A stretch of DNA of 63,911 bases, filler included, from Octopus bimaculoides (GCF_001194135.2; 9 parts of 9 records of this genome joined end to end with filler, not necessarily neighbours in it), one strand, 5' to 3'; counted from the whole stretch's first letter, positions 1 to 12,532 are shown. The notes: generated by a model not told the origin, from the letters alone. Numbers and translations: made by a program.

Positions 1-103
1 AAAGAATAAGTCCTGGGGTTGATTTGATTCGACTAAAGGCGGTGCTCCAGCATGGCCGCAGTCAAATGACTGAAACAAGTAAAAGAGTAAAAGAGTAAAA
101 GAG
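1..103 (+). mobile_element. 3' end of tRNA-derived CORE-type SINE (family B)
   Basis: AAAGAATAAGTCCTGGGG..GACTAAAGGCGGTGCTCCAGCATGGCCGCAGTCAAATGACTGAAACAAGT plus (AAAAGAGT)n tail; same block recurs at 27428-27550, 35800-35941, 54759-54852, 55794-55900 and 58201-58300. Confidence 0.85.
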
Positions 104-126
104 TATATATATATGTATATATATAT

Positions 127-171
<45 letters not shown>

Positions 172-189
172 TATATAATGAAAGATGTT

Positions 190-691
190 CTGTTAGGGTC
201 ACCTCTTTTGTATATAAATGTACACTAATTTTATATGAATAATATGTTGTCTATTGACTACTTTATGCATGCTAGCCACTGGCAGAAAATTTCTCTAATT
301 TTCCTACCCTATATATATTTTCTTAATATGATTTTCGTAATTTTTGAAGAAAGTTGGTACATATATTTTTATTCGCTGCTGACTATAACTGTGCTCGCAC
401 AGTGAATTTGAAAAATTGTAATGTATAAAGATGGGGCATGTGCTGTCTATTTGTCCCATAATTATATGTTAATTTTTAGTGCCCTTGCTGATGAAGAACA
501 CGGATAACAAATTATTTTATTAGTTCATTAATGTTTGAAACCTAGGTACAAGTGGTAACTATTGAAAATGTTTTTATTTTTCATCCCTTTCGAAACTACA
601 CTTAACTGTGGTTTGAATTTTGACTGTTCCTTTCAGCATGTAAAGTATCCTGTTAGGGTCACCTCTTTTGTGCATAAATGTACACTAATTT
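190..691 (+). mobile_element. Penelope-like pseudo-LTR remnant with 460-bp partial tandem period
   Basis: CTGTTAGGGTCACCTCTTTTG..ATAAATGTACACTAATTT at 190-232 is repeated at 650-691, and a hammerhead motif lies between the copies. Confidence 0.5.
484..552 (+). ncRNA. Type I hammerhead ribozyme motif (Penelope-like)
   Basis: CTTG(484-487)-CTGATGA(488-494)-long imperfect stem II-GAAA(537-540)-palindromic CCTAGG-TA(547-548)-CAAG(549-552). Stem I extends further with one bulge. Confidence 0.7.
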
Positions 692-755
692 CATATACAT
701 TATATATATATATACACACACATTATATATATATATTATATATAATATATATGTG

Positions 756-765
<10 letters not shown>

Positions 766-824
<59 letters not shown>
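766..824. repeat. (TG)n microsatellite, representative of dozens of TA/TG/AG/TATG/TCTA/AAT/TAG/ATC arrays
   Basis: Direct inspection. Confidence 0.95.
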
Positions 825-825
<1 letters not shown>

Positions 826-1000
826 ACCAGCACAGGAGCCTGTCAGGTGGGCCTGGCATTGATCACGTTTAGAGTGTGCTTTTTATGTGCCATTGGCATG
901 AGAGCCAGTTAGGGTGGGTACTGGCATCAGCCATGTTTGGATGGTGCTTTTTACATGCCACCAGCATGGTAGCCAGTCATGGGGAACTGGTCACAGCTGT
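823..1000 (+). repeat. ~67-bp diverged tandem repeat, about 2.5 copies
   Basis: Units start near 823, 889 and 957 and share GCCA..AGCA..GAGCC.GT.AGG..GG..CTGGCAT and GTGCTTTTTA. Confidence 0.7.
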
Positions 1001-1154
1001 GATATTTGTTTTAATTGACTCAACAGTTCTTCTCAAGCATATTGTATTGCATGATGTATCAGGGATGCGCTTAACAGGGCTGGACATCCAGGTTTTCCCA
1101 ATCATAGTATATTTCCTATCATTGCCTCTGTGAGGCCCAATGTTCAAACATACA

Positions 1155-1229
<75 letters not shown>

Positions 1230-1243
1230 TTATGTAAATATTA

Positions 1244-2637
1244 CAGGAAGACCCTGAAAAAATGGGAACTTTTGAAAAACTCAACAAAAATAATAAAAAT
1301 CCAAATCCCCCCCCACAAAAAAAATGATTGACAAATATTAAACAAATAAAAAGGCAACTTTTGAAAAGTGTAGTGGCAGCCATGTAGTACTGTACATTTG
1401 GCAGCACTGTGGTACAGTAAGCATCATGCAGAAACAACCCTGTAATCTAGTAATCATGGATCAGTGGAACGGTCAACAGTGTGCTTTCGCCATAAAAATG
1501 GTTTACAAAAACAACAATAGTTTGGAGGGTGCACAACATGAATTCCAATGTCATCTCAATTTAGGGTGTCATGGTCAAGTTCCCTCAAAACACGTGATAA
1601 AAACATGGATTAAAAACTTTGATGAGACTGGATTGGTTCTGAAAAAGAAACTGACAGGACGAACAAGAAATGTTTGTACATATTTCAGTTTTACAGACCC
1701 CACATTGTTCAGCTCATAAGCAAGCAGCTGCAGTATGGTTGTCCTGAGAGAGTATTTGCCAAATTCTCCATTTTGACTGAAAATTTCATTCATACAAGTT
1801 GCAGATCATGCAAGAACTGAAGGAGAATGATCACCAATTGCAATTAGAATTCTGTCAAAAAATTATGGAAAACATAAACAAAAGCAAAAAATTTTTGGAC
1901 AAGCTGTGGATGTCAGTTGAGGCTCATTTTCATCTCACAGGTTATGTGAACAAACAGAACAATCATTACTGGGCAGACAGCAACTCTAAAGAACATGAAC
2001 ACCCTTTACACAACAGCAAGGTAACAGTATGGCAAGCAGTTTTGCCTCTTGGGGTCATCAGATCTTACTTTTTCAAAAATGGAGAGGGGATCACAACAAT
2101 TGTCACTTTAAATTGATATGTTGAGATGCTAAAATCTTTTGTTGTACCTGCATTGAACAATATTCCACAATTTTACAATGGTGTGACATTGCATGCTACA
2201 AGGCAATCAATGGTAGCTATGCAAGATTTGTTCAGTAACCTGTCATCTCAAGATTCAGTGACATTCACTGGTCCCCAAGATCACTTGACTTGTCTGTTTG
2301 TGATTTTTTTCTTGTGGGGTTACCTTAAAAGTTGGGTCTTCACAGCTTGGCCAAGGACACTGGATGAACTAAAACAAAGAATTCAAGATGAAATTCGTGG
2401 TATATCAACTGAGATGTTGCACTAAGCAATGGGTAACCTCAACAGTAGATTGACAGAATGCATATGTAGAAGAGGATGTCTTCTAATAGATGTAATTTTC
2501 AGACATTAATACTTTGGATTACTGATTATTAAAAGGCAAGTTGTTTACTTTCGGTCAATAAAATTTTTTTTTAGATTTGGATTTTTCCTATTTTTGTTGG
2601 ATTTTTCAAAAGTTCCCATTTTTGGGGGGGCACCCTG
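1244..2637 (+). mobile_element. Full-length but inactive Tc1/mariner (DD37D/maT-rosa-like) transposon
   Basis: TA|CAGG..AAAAAATGGGAACTTTTGAAAAA at the left matches the reverse complement of TTTTTCAAAAGTTCCCATTTT..CACCCTG|TA at the right (~90-bp imperfect TIRs, TA flanks). Confidence 0.9.
1456..2509 (+). pseudogene. Disrupted Tc1/mariner transposase
   Basis: Fragments MDQWNGQQCAFAIKMVYKNN, WMSVEAHFHLTGYVNKQNNHYW (first catalytic D changed to V) and FFLWGYLKS..PRTLDELKQRI; several frameshifts and stops. Confidence 0.9.
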
Positions 2638-2653
2638 TATTTATATGAGTGTG

Positions 2654-2686
<33 letters not shown>

Positions 2687-2695
2687 GTATGTATA

Positions 2696-3470
2696 TAGTT
2701 GAAATTTACAGAAAAACAAATGATGAAGACAGGTGTATGAATGACAAGCAGGGAAAGTTAAAAAGCCCTTTATGGTTTGAGCCTATGCTCTTCAACAGAA
2801 AGAAATAAGAGAAAATAAACAGAGAGAGAATACAAAAACTTGTGGATTTAGTGGTCAAGCATGGCGACTGGTTAGAAAAAGGTTTGACATGAGAGGTTGA
2901 AAGAATGAGAGATAATAAAGTATTGGTAATCCCAAAACGAAGGTGTGGATATGTGTGTATGTGGATAGGCTAGTGACTTTGATGTGTGTGGATGATGGTG
3001 TGAGGTGTGGGTGCCGGGAAGTGATCAGTGCTAGTGTGTGTGGAGTGGTGTGGGTGTATGTGGATGTGGAGGTAGGGGTGTTGGGTGTGTGTGGGGTGTG
3101 TGGAGGTGGTATCTGCGAAGAGAGAAGGTGGGTAAGACTGAAGAGAGGAAGTAGGTGTCAGATGAAGAGAGGAGAAGAGGAGAGTCAAATGAAGAGAGGA
3201 GGGGAGTTGAGCCCATGTAGCACAAAGGAGTGAAGAGATTAATTCCTGTTCACAGCGAAGGTGGAAGTCCGAATGTCCTCTGTGTAAAGACAATCCAAAC
3301 ACAGACAAGTGTTGTAGAGTGAAAATGGTGCAAGACCGGAGTGTCATTGCTTGGAGGTGCTCTGTGAACTGGTCAGCCAAGTGGAACCTCATTTGACCGA
3401 TGTACAGAGAAGGGCAGAAAGAGCAGGAGATGTAGTAAATGACGTTGCTAGAAGTGCAGGTAAAAGAGTC
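2696..3470 (-). mobile_element. Penelope-like element 3' part: GIY-YIG endonuclease remnant, CAC-rich spacer and pLTR
   Basis: Minus strand reads FTCTSSNVIYYISCSFCPSLYIGQMRFHLADQFTEHL (VIY..YIG motif). The downstream part is homologous to 56590-57079. Confidence 0.85.
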
Positions 3471-3715
3471 TTATATATATATGTGTGTGTATATATATAT
3501 AATGTACATATTTATATGTATATANNNNNNNNNNATATAAATTTAATTAGAGGATATGTTAACCTCATGAAGGGATAGTTGCATGCAAAGAAATACTGGT
3601 TCAATACCATACCTAGTATTGTTGGGAAATGAAATCTTAAAAACACCAGTTACTGACGTCACCGAACTCTAGACCAATGAAATTTAACCTCCGATCAAAT
3701 ACAACAAAATTACCC

Positions 3716-4243
3716 TGTAGCAGAGCTACATTTTACATAGTAATATGTGAGTCAACCTGCATAGCAGATGAATATATTGATGAGGTGTCTAGCCTCGCTT
3801 TGATAAAGTGGCCTCATTCTGAGCTACACTGTAGAAAACTTTCATTTCCTACTAAGTTTCGGTCAAAGGCACATGTCTTCTCTGCAGCTCCATGCACAAT
3901 CTTCCACGTGTGACTCACATGTCTATTCACCTCAACACAAGATATATGGTTCATAAATGATGATATTTTATCATACACACATCCTCAACATGACTGTTTT
4001 CATTACACACATGGATACATACTGTAATATAAATACTATATGTTACTTCTTTCAGTGCAAATGCAAAAATCAAAACTTTCTTTGTATGTAAACACACGTT
4101 TTTGTATCATACTACATGCTTCCACCACAAAAGGTGAACACAATAAACAATATATTTATACACAAAAATGTCACATAGTGATTCAGACTATCTGTTTTTC
4201 CATTTAATAACACACACTCAAACAGTCAATGACAGCCGCTATA
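3716..4243 (+). repeat. 5' LTR
   Basis: Colinear with 6577-7102 and followed by the PBS. Confidence 0.9.
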
Positions 4244-4246
4244 AAA

Positions 4247-4257
4247 TGGTGACCCTG
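4247..4257 (+). promoter_or_regulatory. Primer-binding site, tRNA-Trp type
   Basis: TGGTGACCCTG 3 nt after the LTR; complementary, with one mismatch, to the tRNA-Trp 3' end (..CGGGGUCACCA). Confidence 0.75.
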
Positions 4258-4736
4258 ATATATAAAAAAAATATATACATATATATGTATATATATATAT
4301 ATAGTGGTTTGTCAGATGCCTTGTCCAATGAAAAATGCTTGTTACTAAGAAAACACAAACCAAAGTCATTTACAAATACACCACACTTACACCATAACAT
4401 TTTCATATACGAACAATCTGTTGCTAGGATGTTGAAACCCAAAAATTCACTTTTGTTGAGTCAGGCTAAAAATAAAAAATTTTTTTTTGGAAATAGCCAG
4501 ATGTTCTATTTTTCTCTTGCCCATGTGAATTGATACATCACGTAGCTCATTGCCATTTTGTCCTTCTTCATAAACTTTGACGTCCTTTCTCAAGTTACAC
4601 ATGCACTCTAATTTTGAATACTCCACATGAACACAACACAGCTGCCTGAGCTATCTGTTACATTTAACAGCACAGTCGCGTGCCATTTTACAAACTTTTC
4701 CCCAGTAATTGACATCTTTCTGTTACACATCTCACC

Positions 4737-4955
4737 ATGAATAACAGTTGCTTACTTTGTTTCACGGGTGATGTGAAAGTGTGGTTTGCACAAATTGAAT
4801 CAAAGTTTGCCATGAACAATATTGCCTCCAAAGCCCAACAACTCCATATATTACTTGGCACAATGCCACCATCCCTGAAAGCCACCGTGAGGGACCTGAT
4901 AACTGAATCCCCACATGATGCCATATATAGGAGCATTAAGCAGGAGATTCTTTGA
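4737..4955 (+). pseudogene. Gag N-terminal remnant
   Basis: FTGDVKVWFAQIESKF..I..VRDLI..P....Y..IKQEIL resembles the Gypsy Gag N-terminus. Confidence 0.75.
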
Positions 4956-5089
4956 CGCATGTCCTTGTTGGAAGATCATGTCCTTGTCGGAAGATTAACC
5001 TCACTTAGAGACAATTGATATATCCTCACCTGCCTTTGCCACATGCAACTTCAAGTACTTCCTAGTACCAATAGCCAATGCACAGATTT

Positions 5090-6085
5090 TGTGCGATACT
5101 TCTATGAATTCTCCTTGACCTTTTGCTCCAGAGACCCACAGACAAACAGTCTTCAGGACACTGCATAACCTGTTACATCCTGGCGTCAGCACCACAGTGA
5201 AACACATTTCGGTCAGATTCTTTTGGTCAAATATGAGACGAGACATCACTGCTTGGTCATGCTCCTGCCTTTTCTGTCAGAAGTCAAAGGTGCAAAGGCA
5301 CATCTGTACACCCCTTGGCACATTCAACACACCAGATGTGCGTTTCAACCATGTACACATTGACCTTGGCCTGCTCACCTGCATTGATCATTTTGCACAT
5401 TGGCTGGAAGCTATTCCTTTAGTAGATATCACTGCAGGATCTGTTTCCAAAGCTTTTCTCACTGAATGGATATCACAGTATGGAGTCCATACCACCATCA
5501 TTACTGATCGTAGAAAACAGTTTGAATCACAACTCTTTCAGGAGCTCACGAAGACCATAGGTGCACGTTGGATTTGAACCACCAGTTGCCATCCACAATC
5601 CAATGGTATGGTGGAATGATTCCACTGTCAAATGAAAGCTGCCTTGCATGCTTACTCAGATCGGCAGTGTTGGAGTGAATATCTTCCAATTGTCCTTCTT
5701 GGCTGTTAAGCCTCAATAAAGGAGGATTTTGGTTATTCCCCAGCAGAACTTGTTTATAGCACATCTCTTTCATTGTCAGGCCAAATGTTGGCCCCAGTGA
5801 ATCTGTCCATGCAAGATCTCACTATGTACATACACAGACTTTCAGACTTAGCAAATACATGCAAGAACTGCCACCCATGTCAACACGACACCAAACTAAT
5901 AAATCATCAGTTCCAAAAGACATTAATTCTTGGACCCATGTGTTTCTATGAAACAACGCTGTGAAAATCTCCCTCACACCTCCATACACGGAACCCTATT
6001 GCATCCTGTCACAAACAAACTATATACCATAGACATTAATGATAAAAAGGTAACTGTCTCAATAGACAGGCTTAAGTGGGCATAC
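5090..6085 (+). pseudogene. Integrase remnant (H2C2 zinc finger and DDE core)
   Basis: LHNLLHPG..FFWSNMRRDI..CLFCQK; HVHIDL; TCIDHF..WLEAIP; IITDR.KQFES; HPQSNGMVE; VSIDRLK; stops and frameshifts present. Confidence 0.92.
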
Positions 6086-6576
6086 ACAGACAGTGATACA
6101 ATACCACTTCATACACCTTCCACATTCACAGTACAACATAATGCTACTCCACTGCAACCACCACCAACACCATCACACACACCAACCCCTCCTCCATCTA
6201 AATACATCACTATGACTCATAGTGGTCACTGTGTACATTGGCCCACCAAGCTGTCTAAAACTATATACATCTGAACTATAATGAACTATTTGTGAACTTA
6301 CCAAGGACTTTTCAACAAGTAACACCAACAACGCAGTTTTGTTCTTCACAGTATTCCTTTAAACTTTACCTAATCGACTTGAGAATTTTGCTTATTTCTT
6401 TGTATTCATATTCTGTTTACCCTTACCATGCTTTGCCTTTTCATTTCAGTTTCTCATTTTTTGTTGTATTGCATCCTTCCGTTTGTATTCCATGTTCTTA
6501 CCTGCTTTTTGCACTGCATATTTACATACGCCATTTCTATTTTTTTTCCAACTTTTTCAAGTCTAGCAGGAGGCTA

Positions 6577-7102
6577 TGTAGCGGAGTTACATATTACATA
6601 GTAATATGTAAGTCAAACTGCACAGCAGACGAATATGTCAATGAGGCATCTAGCCTTGCTTTGATACAGTAACCTCGTTCTGAGCTACACTGTAGAAAAC
6701 TCTCAATTCTGCCCAGGTTCTTCACAGGTTTCAGTCAAAGACACGTCTTCTCTGCAACCCCACATGCAATATCCCATGTGCGACTCATATGTCTATTCAC
6801 CTTGACACAAAATATATGGTTTGTAAACAAAGATATTTTATCACACATACATCCTCATCACGACTGTTCTCATTACACACATGCATAAATGCTGTAATAT
6901 AAATATTATTTGTTACTTCTTTCAGTGCAAATGCAAAAATCAAAACTTTCTTTGTATGTAAACACTCATGTTTTTGTATCATATTACATGCTTCCACCAC
7001 AAAAAGTGAACACAGAATAAACAATATATTTATACACAAAAATGTCTCATGGTGATACATACTGTTTTTCCATTTAATAACATGCCAACAACAGCCACTA
7101 TA
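6577..7102 (+). repeat. 3' LTR
   Basis: Diverged copy of 3716-4243. Confidence 0.9.
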
Positions 7103-7689
7103 ACCCTTTAAGAGAATCAACCAACTGGAATGATTGGAAGCCAACCAGGCAGAACGACAAACTTGACCACCAGAAAAACAGTACTTTAACAATTCAAAAA
7201 CCAGATCTGTTTGCGGAAAAAATTACAAATACACTGGATTCCAATAAACACCATTACAAGCAAAAGTTCCTGCACAGGACGGAAAGAGAATCACAGAAAC
7301 TGTAAACCAAACCCCTTTTTTACTATCTTCATTTCTCCCTTGTTTTCCTCCCTCTTAACTCAGTATAACTGAAACTTTGATGATATTCATTTCTTGTTGA
7401 TCACTACTAACACTATTGAATTTTATGCATTTAAACAAGATGAGACACAGTTTTTCTTATTGACTGTTACAAACATTTAAACTTGTCAACATTGAAATTT
7501 TTAAACACGTCCTTCTAATTCATAATTCTAAACTTTTACCATTGATAAACAAGAAATATTCTTGAAACTAGTTTGGTATATATGTAAATAAATTTATTTA
7601 AAAACAATTTCAAGTTTTTCCAATTTAGGTGCATTTTCAACAACAAATTTGCCTATAATTTTTCCTGCGTGGAAATACACCCCCTCTTT

Positions 7690-7727
<38 letters not shown>

Positions 7728-7738
7728 NNNNNNNNNNT

Positions 7739-7771
<33 letters not shown>

Positions 7772-9205
7772 TTAAAATTCTGGACTAGTGGGTATATATC
7801 GATTAGAGTGTTGAAGTGTTGAGTAGAGCACTGGCACAGGTTGGGATACCTAGTGTCATCCGCAGTTGGAGTATATTTCCACTGGATCTACTTCAAGAAC
7901 TCCAAAGTGTTAGTTGAGATAATAATAATTTCTTAAGTATCCAGAAGATGGATTTTTATCTTTATTTATTAATCTTTATTTTGTACAACAGTCATTTCAA
8001 CCCATCCTGCTACTGTCCCTTATGGGTGAGACTCCATTCAACATGTTTTGCATCCATTTTGCAATCTTGGTCTCATCAGGTATATCCATACATAAAGTTG
8101 TGTCTCACTAAAGATCATGAGTTTTGGCTGTCATGTTGTTATATGCCCGTCTGGTTAGGGAATGAAACATTACTACAATTTTCAATTACTATTATCTTTA
8201 CATAATAAGAATTGCAAACATTTATAAATATAGACAATATTTGTAAATATAGACAATTAGTAAATATAGGCAATTTGACGCCTATATATACATACATACA
8301 CTCACACATACATATACAAATATCAGATGTATATATCTACATACCTGTGTATGTATATATAGGCATAGAGGTGTGTGATTCATCCTTGGTCATATAGATG
8401 TGGAGCAAGTCAGACTGACTGTGAGCTGCCCTAGTCTTGAGGTGACTGTGATGACAGACTTCTGGTGAGGTTGTCTTCCAGCCATAAATTATATGAACTA
8501 CAGCTGAAATTGACCATATGGGTGGGTGGGCCAACGTGCCTTGTGTGAGTGTACGTATGAGTGGGTGTGTGTGTGAATGTGTGTGTGTGCATCCTGACCT
8601 AAGCTAGCTAGTTAAACAACCTTTCACTCCTAGACATTCTAGACTGCATATATATCTTTCCCTTCCTTTTTCTAGTACCATTCCTTTGTCTTAAATCCAA
8701 TGTAACTCAATCCATTCCTGTCCATCCATCGACTTACCCTACAATTTTTTTTTTTTATCAACAGTTATTTGTCTATATTCAGAAATGTTTGCAATTCTTA
8801 TTATAAACAGATAACAGTGACTGCAAATTGTAGTAATGTTTCATTCCCTAACCAGACAGGTATATAACAACATGATAGCTAAACATCAGGATCTTTAGCG
8901 AGACCACAACTTTATGTATGGATATATCTGATGAGACCCAGACTGCAAAATGGAGGCAACACAACATGTTGAAAGGAGTCCCATCCATAACGAACAGTAG
9001 CAGGATGGGTTGAAATGACCATTGTACAAAATAAAGATTAATACCAAATCCATCTTCTAGTAACTTAAGAAATTATTATTATTATTATTATTATCATCAT
9101 CATCATCATCTCANNNNNNNNNNNNNNNNNNNNNNNNNNNNNNNNNNNNNNNNNNNNNNNNNNNNNATATGTCTGTATATGTGTATATGTGTGTGTGTAT
9201 GTGTA

Positions 9206-9245
<40 letters not shown>

Positions 9246-9295
9246 CATACAAATATATATATATATGCGTGTATGTGTATGTGTGTGTATATATA

Positions 9296-11950
9296 CTAGC
9301 AAATGCACCCATCCTTTGGATGGTGTAATTTATTATAATGGTGCACTCCTATGGACAGTTTAAGTTGAATTAACCAGCAGTTAGAAGTTGTTTCAAGTTG
9401 ATAAGCGTAAAATGTATAATTACCATTTTCATTAGCAGTTTATGATATGATATTAAGAAACTTAGGTAATGAATAAATTTTTTTTAACACAAATTTGGCA
9501 CTTGGTAATAAATGAAAATCCATGAAATGAAATCGCAATTGCATGAACTTATTTTTTTTGTAATGCCTGACACAACTGCATTGAAGCTCTTTTTCAATAA
9601 AAGTCATGTATGATAAAGAAAAGCAAGCGTTTATAGCAAACCTGCAAATAGAATAATGGCATGTACAAAAATAAATGTCAGAGCACGCTTATGAGCAAAC
9701 AGTGTGTGTGAAGTAAGAAGGGTCATTGAAGGTAAAGTACTGTTAAAAGCAATCAGAGAAATGAAGCAAAATATCAATGAAATGCTTGTAGGAAGTCTAA
9801 TTGCTAATGGCTACAGTTCGGCGTAGATATGAAGAATGCAGTAGAAGAATAACTACTGTAGGGCTGATTTGTAGATGACATTTTTTGCTTTTCCTTCAGG
9901 AGCATAGATGAATAAGTTGTCTGGATGACCAACTCTGGAACAACTGATGTAGAAATGTCCATGTGAAAAGCACGATGTTTGAAGGTCCAGTCTGACAACT
10001 TTCAGTGACTGACTTTGTGCTTTGTTAATTGTCATGGCGAAGCTGAGTTTCAGAGGGAACTGAAGTCTCTGCATAAGGTAGGGGTAGTCTGTTGGGGTTA
10101 GCAGAATTTTCAGAATGAAAAAGGTATCATTTTTGCTATGCCATGTGATAATTTGGGCTTCAATGACATGGTTCATCATTTGTTTGACCACAAAGCAAGT
10201 TCCATTGCATAGTGTGGGTGCATTTAGATTGCATAGAAGGATGACAGGGCAACCGACTTTTAAGTGAAGTTCATGGGGAGGGAGTCCTGGAGGATCTTGG
10301 AAGTTGAGAAATTCTATTGGAAAGTGTGTAACCTGATTGAGGTCGGTAAAGGTGTCAACTGATCTGTAACAACATTCTTGAGAAGGTAGCTGACTAAGTT
10401 GTAGTTAAGAGTATCGACAGCTGCATTTGTAAGTGCATGAACAGCCCTATTACAAAGCCAATCTGGTTTTATGTATTCTGTTGTAAGATTTGGGTAAATG
10501 GCAGAACATAAGTCATGAAGGCTGGAGACAGTGTGGCCAATGGTGGTAGTGTCAATGTATCCGTTGTCGTCATACGTAATTTGCCCATTGCCAATTTTAA
10601 GGAGCATTTCTGAAAACTGAGCTGTAGGCTGATCAGTCTGCAGGAGTGATCTCAAGTTGATGGTGAGTTGTTTCAATTGGACATGCGACCAAAGGAGGAA
10701 TTTTTTAAGGCAGGCATTAAGTTCATCAGCAGGTGTTCTTTGGGTATAAATCAACAGAGTTTGTAGAAAATCTCCTGCAAGAAGGAGAGTTGCACCTCCA
10801 AGGATGTTGTTGTTTGATCTATGATCTCTCATGGTAGTATCAAGTGCTTGTAGGGAACATTTATGGGACATAGTTGCTTCATCCCAAACAATGTGTTTGC
10901 GCTTTTTCAAAATTGTTACTTCATCTGAGGAATGCATTATGTGGCATGTTGAGTTTTCTTGATGTGCTACATTGATAGGCAAATTGAAGGTAGCGTGTGC
11001 TGTTCGTCTGTTGTTGAGAAGAGTCAAGGCTATTCCTGAGGAGAAAATAGCAATAGCAAGGTCACCATTATGCCACAACTTTGCAAGAAGAAGATTCAGA
11101 AGAAATGTTTCCCCAGTTCCACCGAATGCGTCTAAGATGTTTCTGTCAGTGTGTATGTAGATGTTTCTGAAGACGAAATTGTATACATCAGCTTGATCAA
11201 AATTCTGAAGGGTCTCATTGTCAGCAATGTACTGTTTGAGTTTGTGTATGTTGTAGGATGTTTCTCTGAGAATGAGGCAATTGGGACAGACATCTTCATT
11301 TCTGTCAGGAGTGTTGAGAGAATAAGCATCCAATCGTTGACTTCCAATTGCTATAACCAAGTCTTCCAAGAGAAGAAGCCCTCCATTGTAAATGGCAGGG
11401 ATAGTGGGAGTGTCAACACTACTCGTGATTTGGCAAGTCTGCAGCAAAATGTCATGGCACATTGAGTCTTCATATTTATTCCAAAGTGGATGTGTGTCTG
11501 TCAGATTACAGAAAACCAGCATTATTGTGAAAAGGTGTTGGAGCTTGTGCGGAGAATGACACAGATAGGTCTCAAGTGCATTATCATCCTGATCATCTGT
11601 ATCCAAAATTTTCTGTTTGGAGCAGGCATCTTTGAAAGTGCCACATAAGTGGCGGTCCACTGTGCGAAGGTCATCGAAGGAGGTTGGTCCCTTAATGAAA
11701 TGATGTAAGAACCGCAAATGGAAGCATTCAGAGTTCAAGGGGTGAACTGCATAGACGCATCCGATTGTGTCACCTTTGTACATGGTTGGATCCAAATGCG
11801 TAGGCTGGCCTTGTTTTCATGGTTGCCACTGATTGTCAACCAAAAATTCCTGGTTGTGACCTTTTAGATGATTGTTATATAAGGGAAACAATTGATTTCT
11901 GACAGTTACTTTGCAAAGAGTTACCTCTCTTGTCCACAATTGTCACTTTA
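9296..11950 (-). mobile_element. Helitron, 5'-truncated, with intact 3' terminus
   Basis: PIF1-like helicase remnant. Minus-strand terminus is CACCATCC-AAA-GGATGGGTG hairpin, CATTTG, CTAG, then T (plus 9295-9325). Confidence 0.9.
9853..11850 (-). pseudogene. Helitron RepHel helicase domain, degenerate
   Basis: 493-aa open stretch with GGTGETF (Walker A K changed to E), SSGIA, RTAHATFNLP, IVWDEATM, GGATLLLAGDF.QTL; then RLQFPLKLSFAMTINKAQSQS and FSHG..Y..CSRV in another frame. Confidence 0.93.
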
Positions 11951-12192
11951 GAAGGTTTTTCTGACCTTCTGACCCTAGAAGCCCCATTACTCCATATTAC
12001 TCCATAAGTGAAAGATCTAAAGAGTGTAGAGCCATCTGTGGAACATGCGATGTTATTTGCCTAGTGTGAATGAAATCAGATGAAAAATATGAATTTTATG
12101 TGGGATCAACCTAATGGTTGGTCACATATACACACACACGCACACACCTTCCGTCTTATATATATGTATATATATATATATCATCATCATCA

Positions 12193-12237
<45 letters not shown>

Positions 12238-12337
12238 NNNNNNNNNNNNNNNNNNNNNNNNNNNNNNNNNNNNNNNNNNNNTTAATTAATTAANNNNNNN
12301 NNNNNNNNNNNNNNNNNNNNNNNNNNNNNNNNNNNNN
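12238..12337. other. Artificial 100-bp scaffold-join spacer N44-TTAATTAATTAA-N44 (first of eight)
   Basis: The 12-mer lies at 12282, 17982, 25247, 33194, 49273, 57326, 59701 and 62607, always between 44-N blocks; it encodes stops in all six frames. Confidence 0.97.
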
Positions 12338-12460
12338 AACAGTCGAAAAAGAGAAGCCTATTCCATTCAAGATCCTTTTTATTATAGACAACGCCCCTGG
12401 CCACACGCAAAGTGTCTTTGGCTTTCATCTTGATATCACCGTCGTACGCCTAACTACGCT
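12338..12460 (+). pseudogene. pogo/Tigger DDE transposase fragment
   Basis: Translates as VEKEKPIPFKILFIIDNAPGH, the Tigger-type (L/I)DNAPGH motif. Confidence 0.7.
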
Positions 12461-12532
12461 TAAATACAACTGGTTGAAAATTCATCAAAGTTGTAGATAC
12501 ATATATATTGTTTTGTGCAATTAAAACATGTT

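Larger units (their letters stand above)
3716..7102 (+). mobile_element. Gypsy/Ty3 LTR retrotransposon (CsRn1-like), internally deleted
   Basis: Two ~527-bp LTRs (TGTAG...CTATA), 4-bp TSD ACCC (3712-3715 and 7103-7106), PBS, gag and integrase remnants, purine tract AGCAGGAGG before the 3' LTR. Confidence 0.92.
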
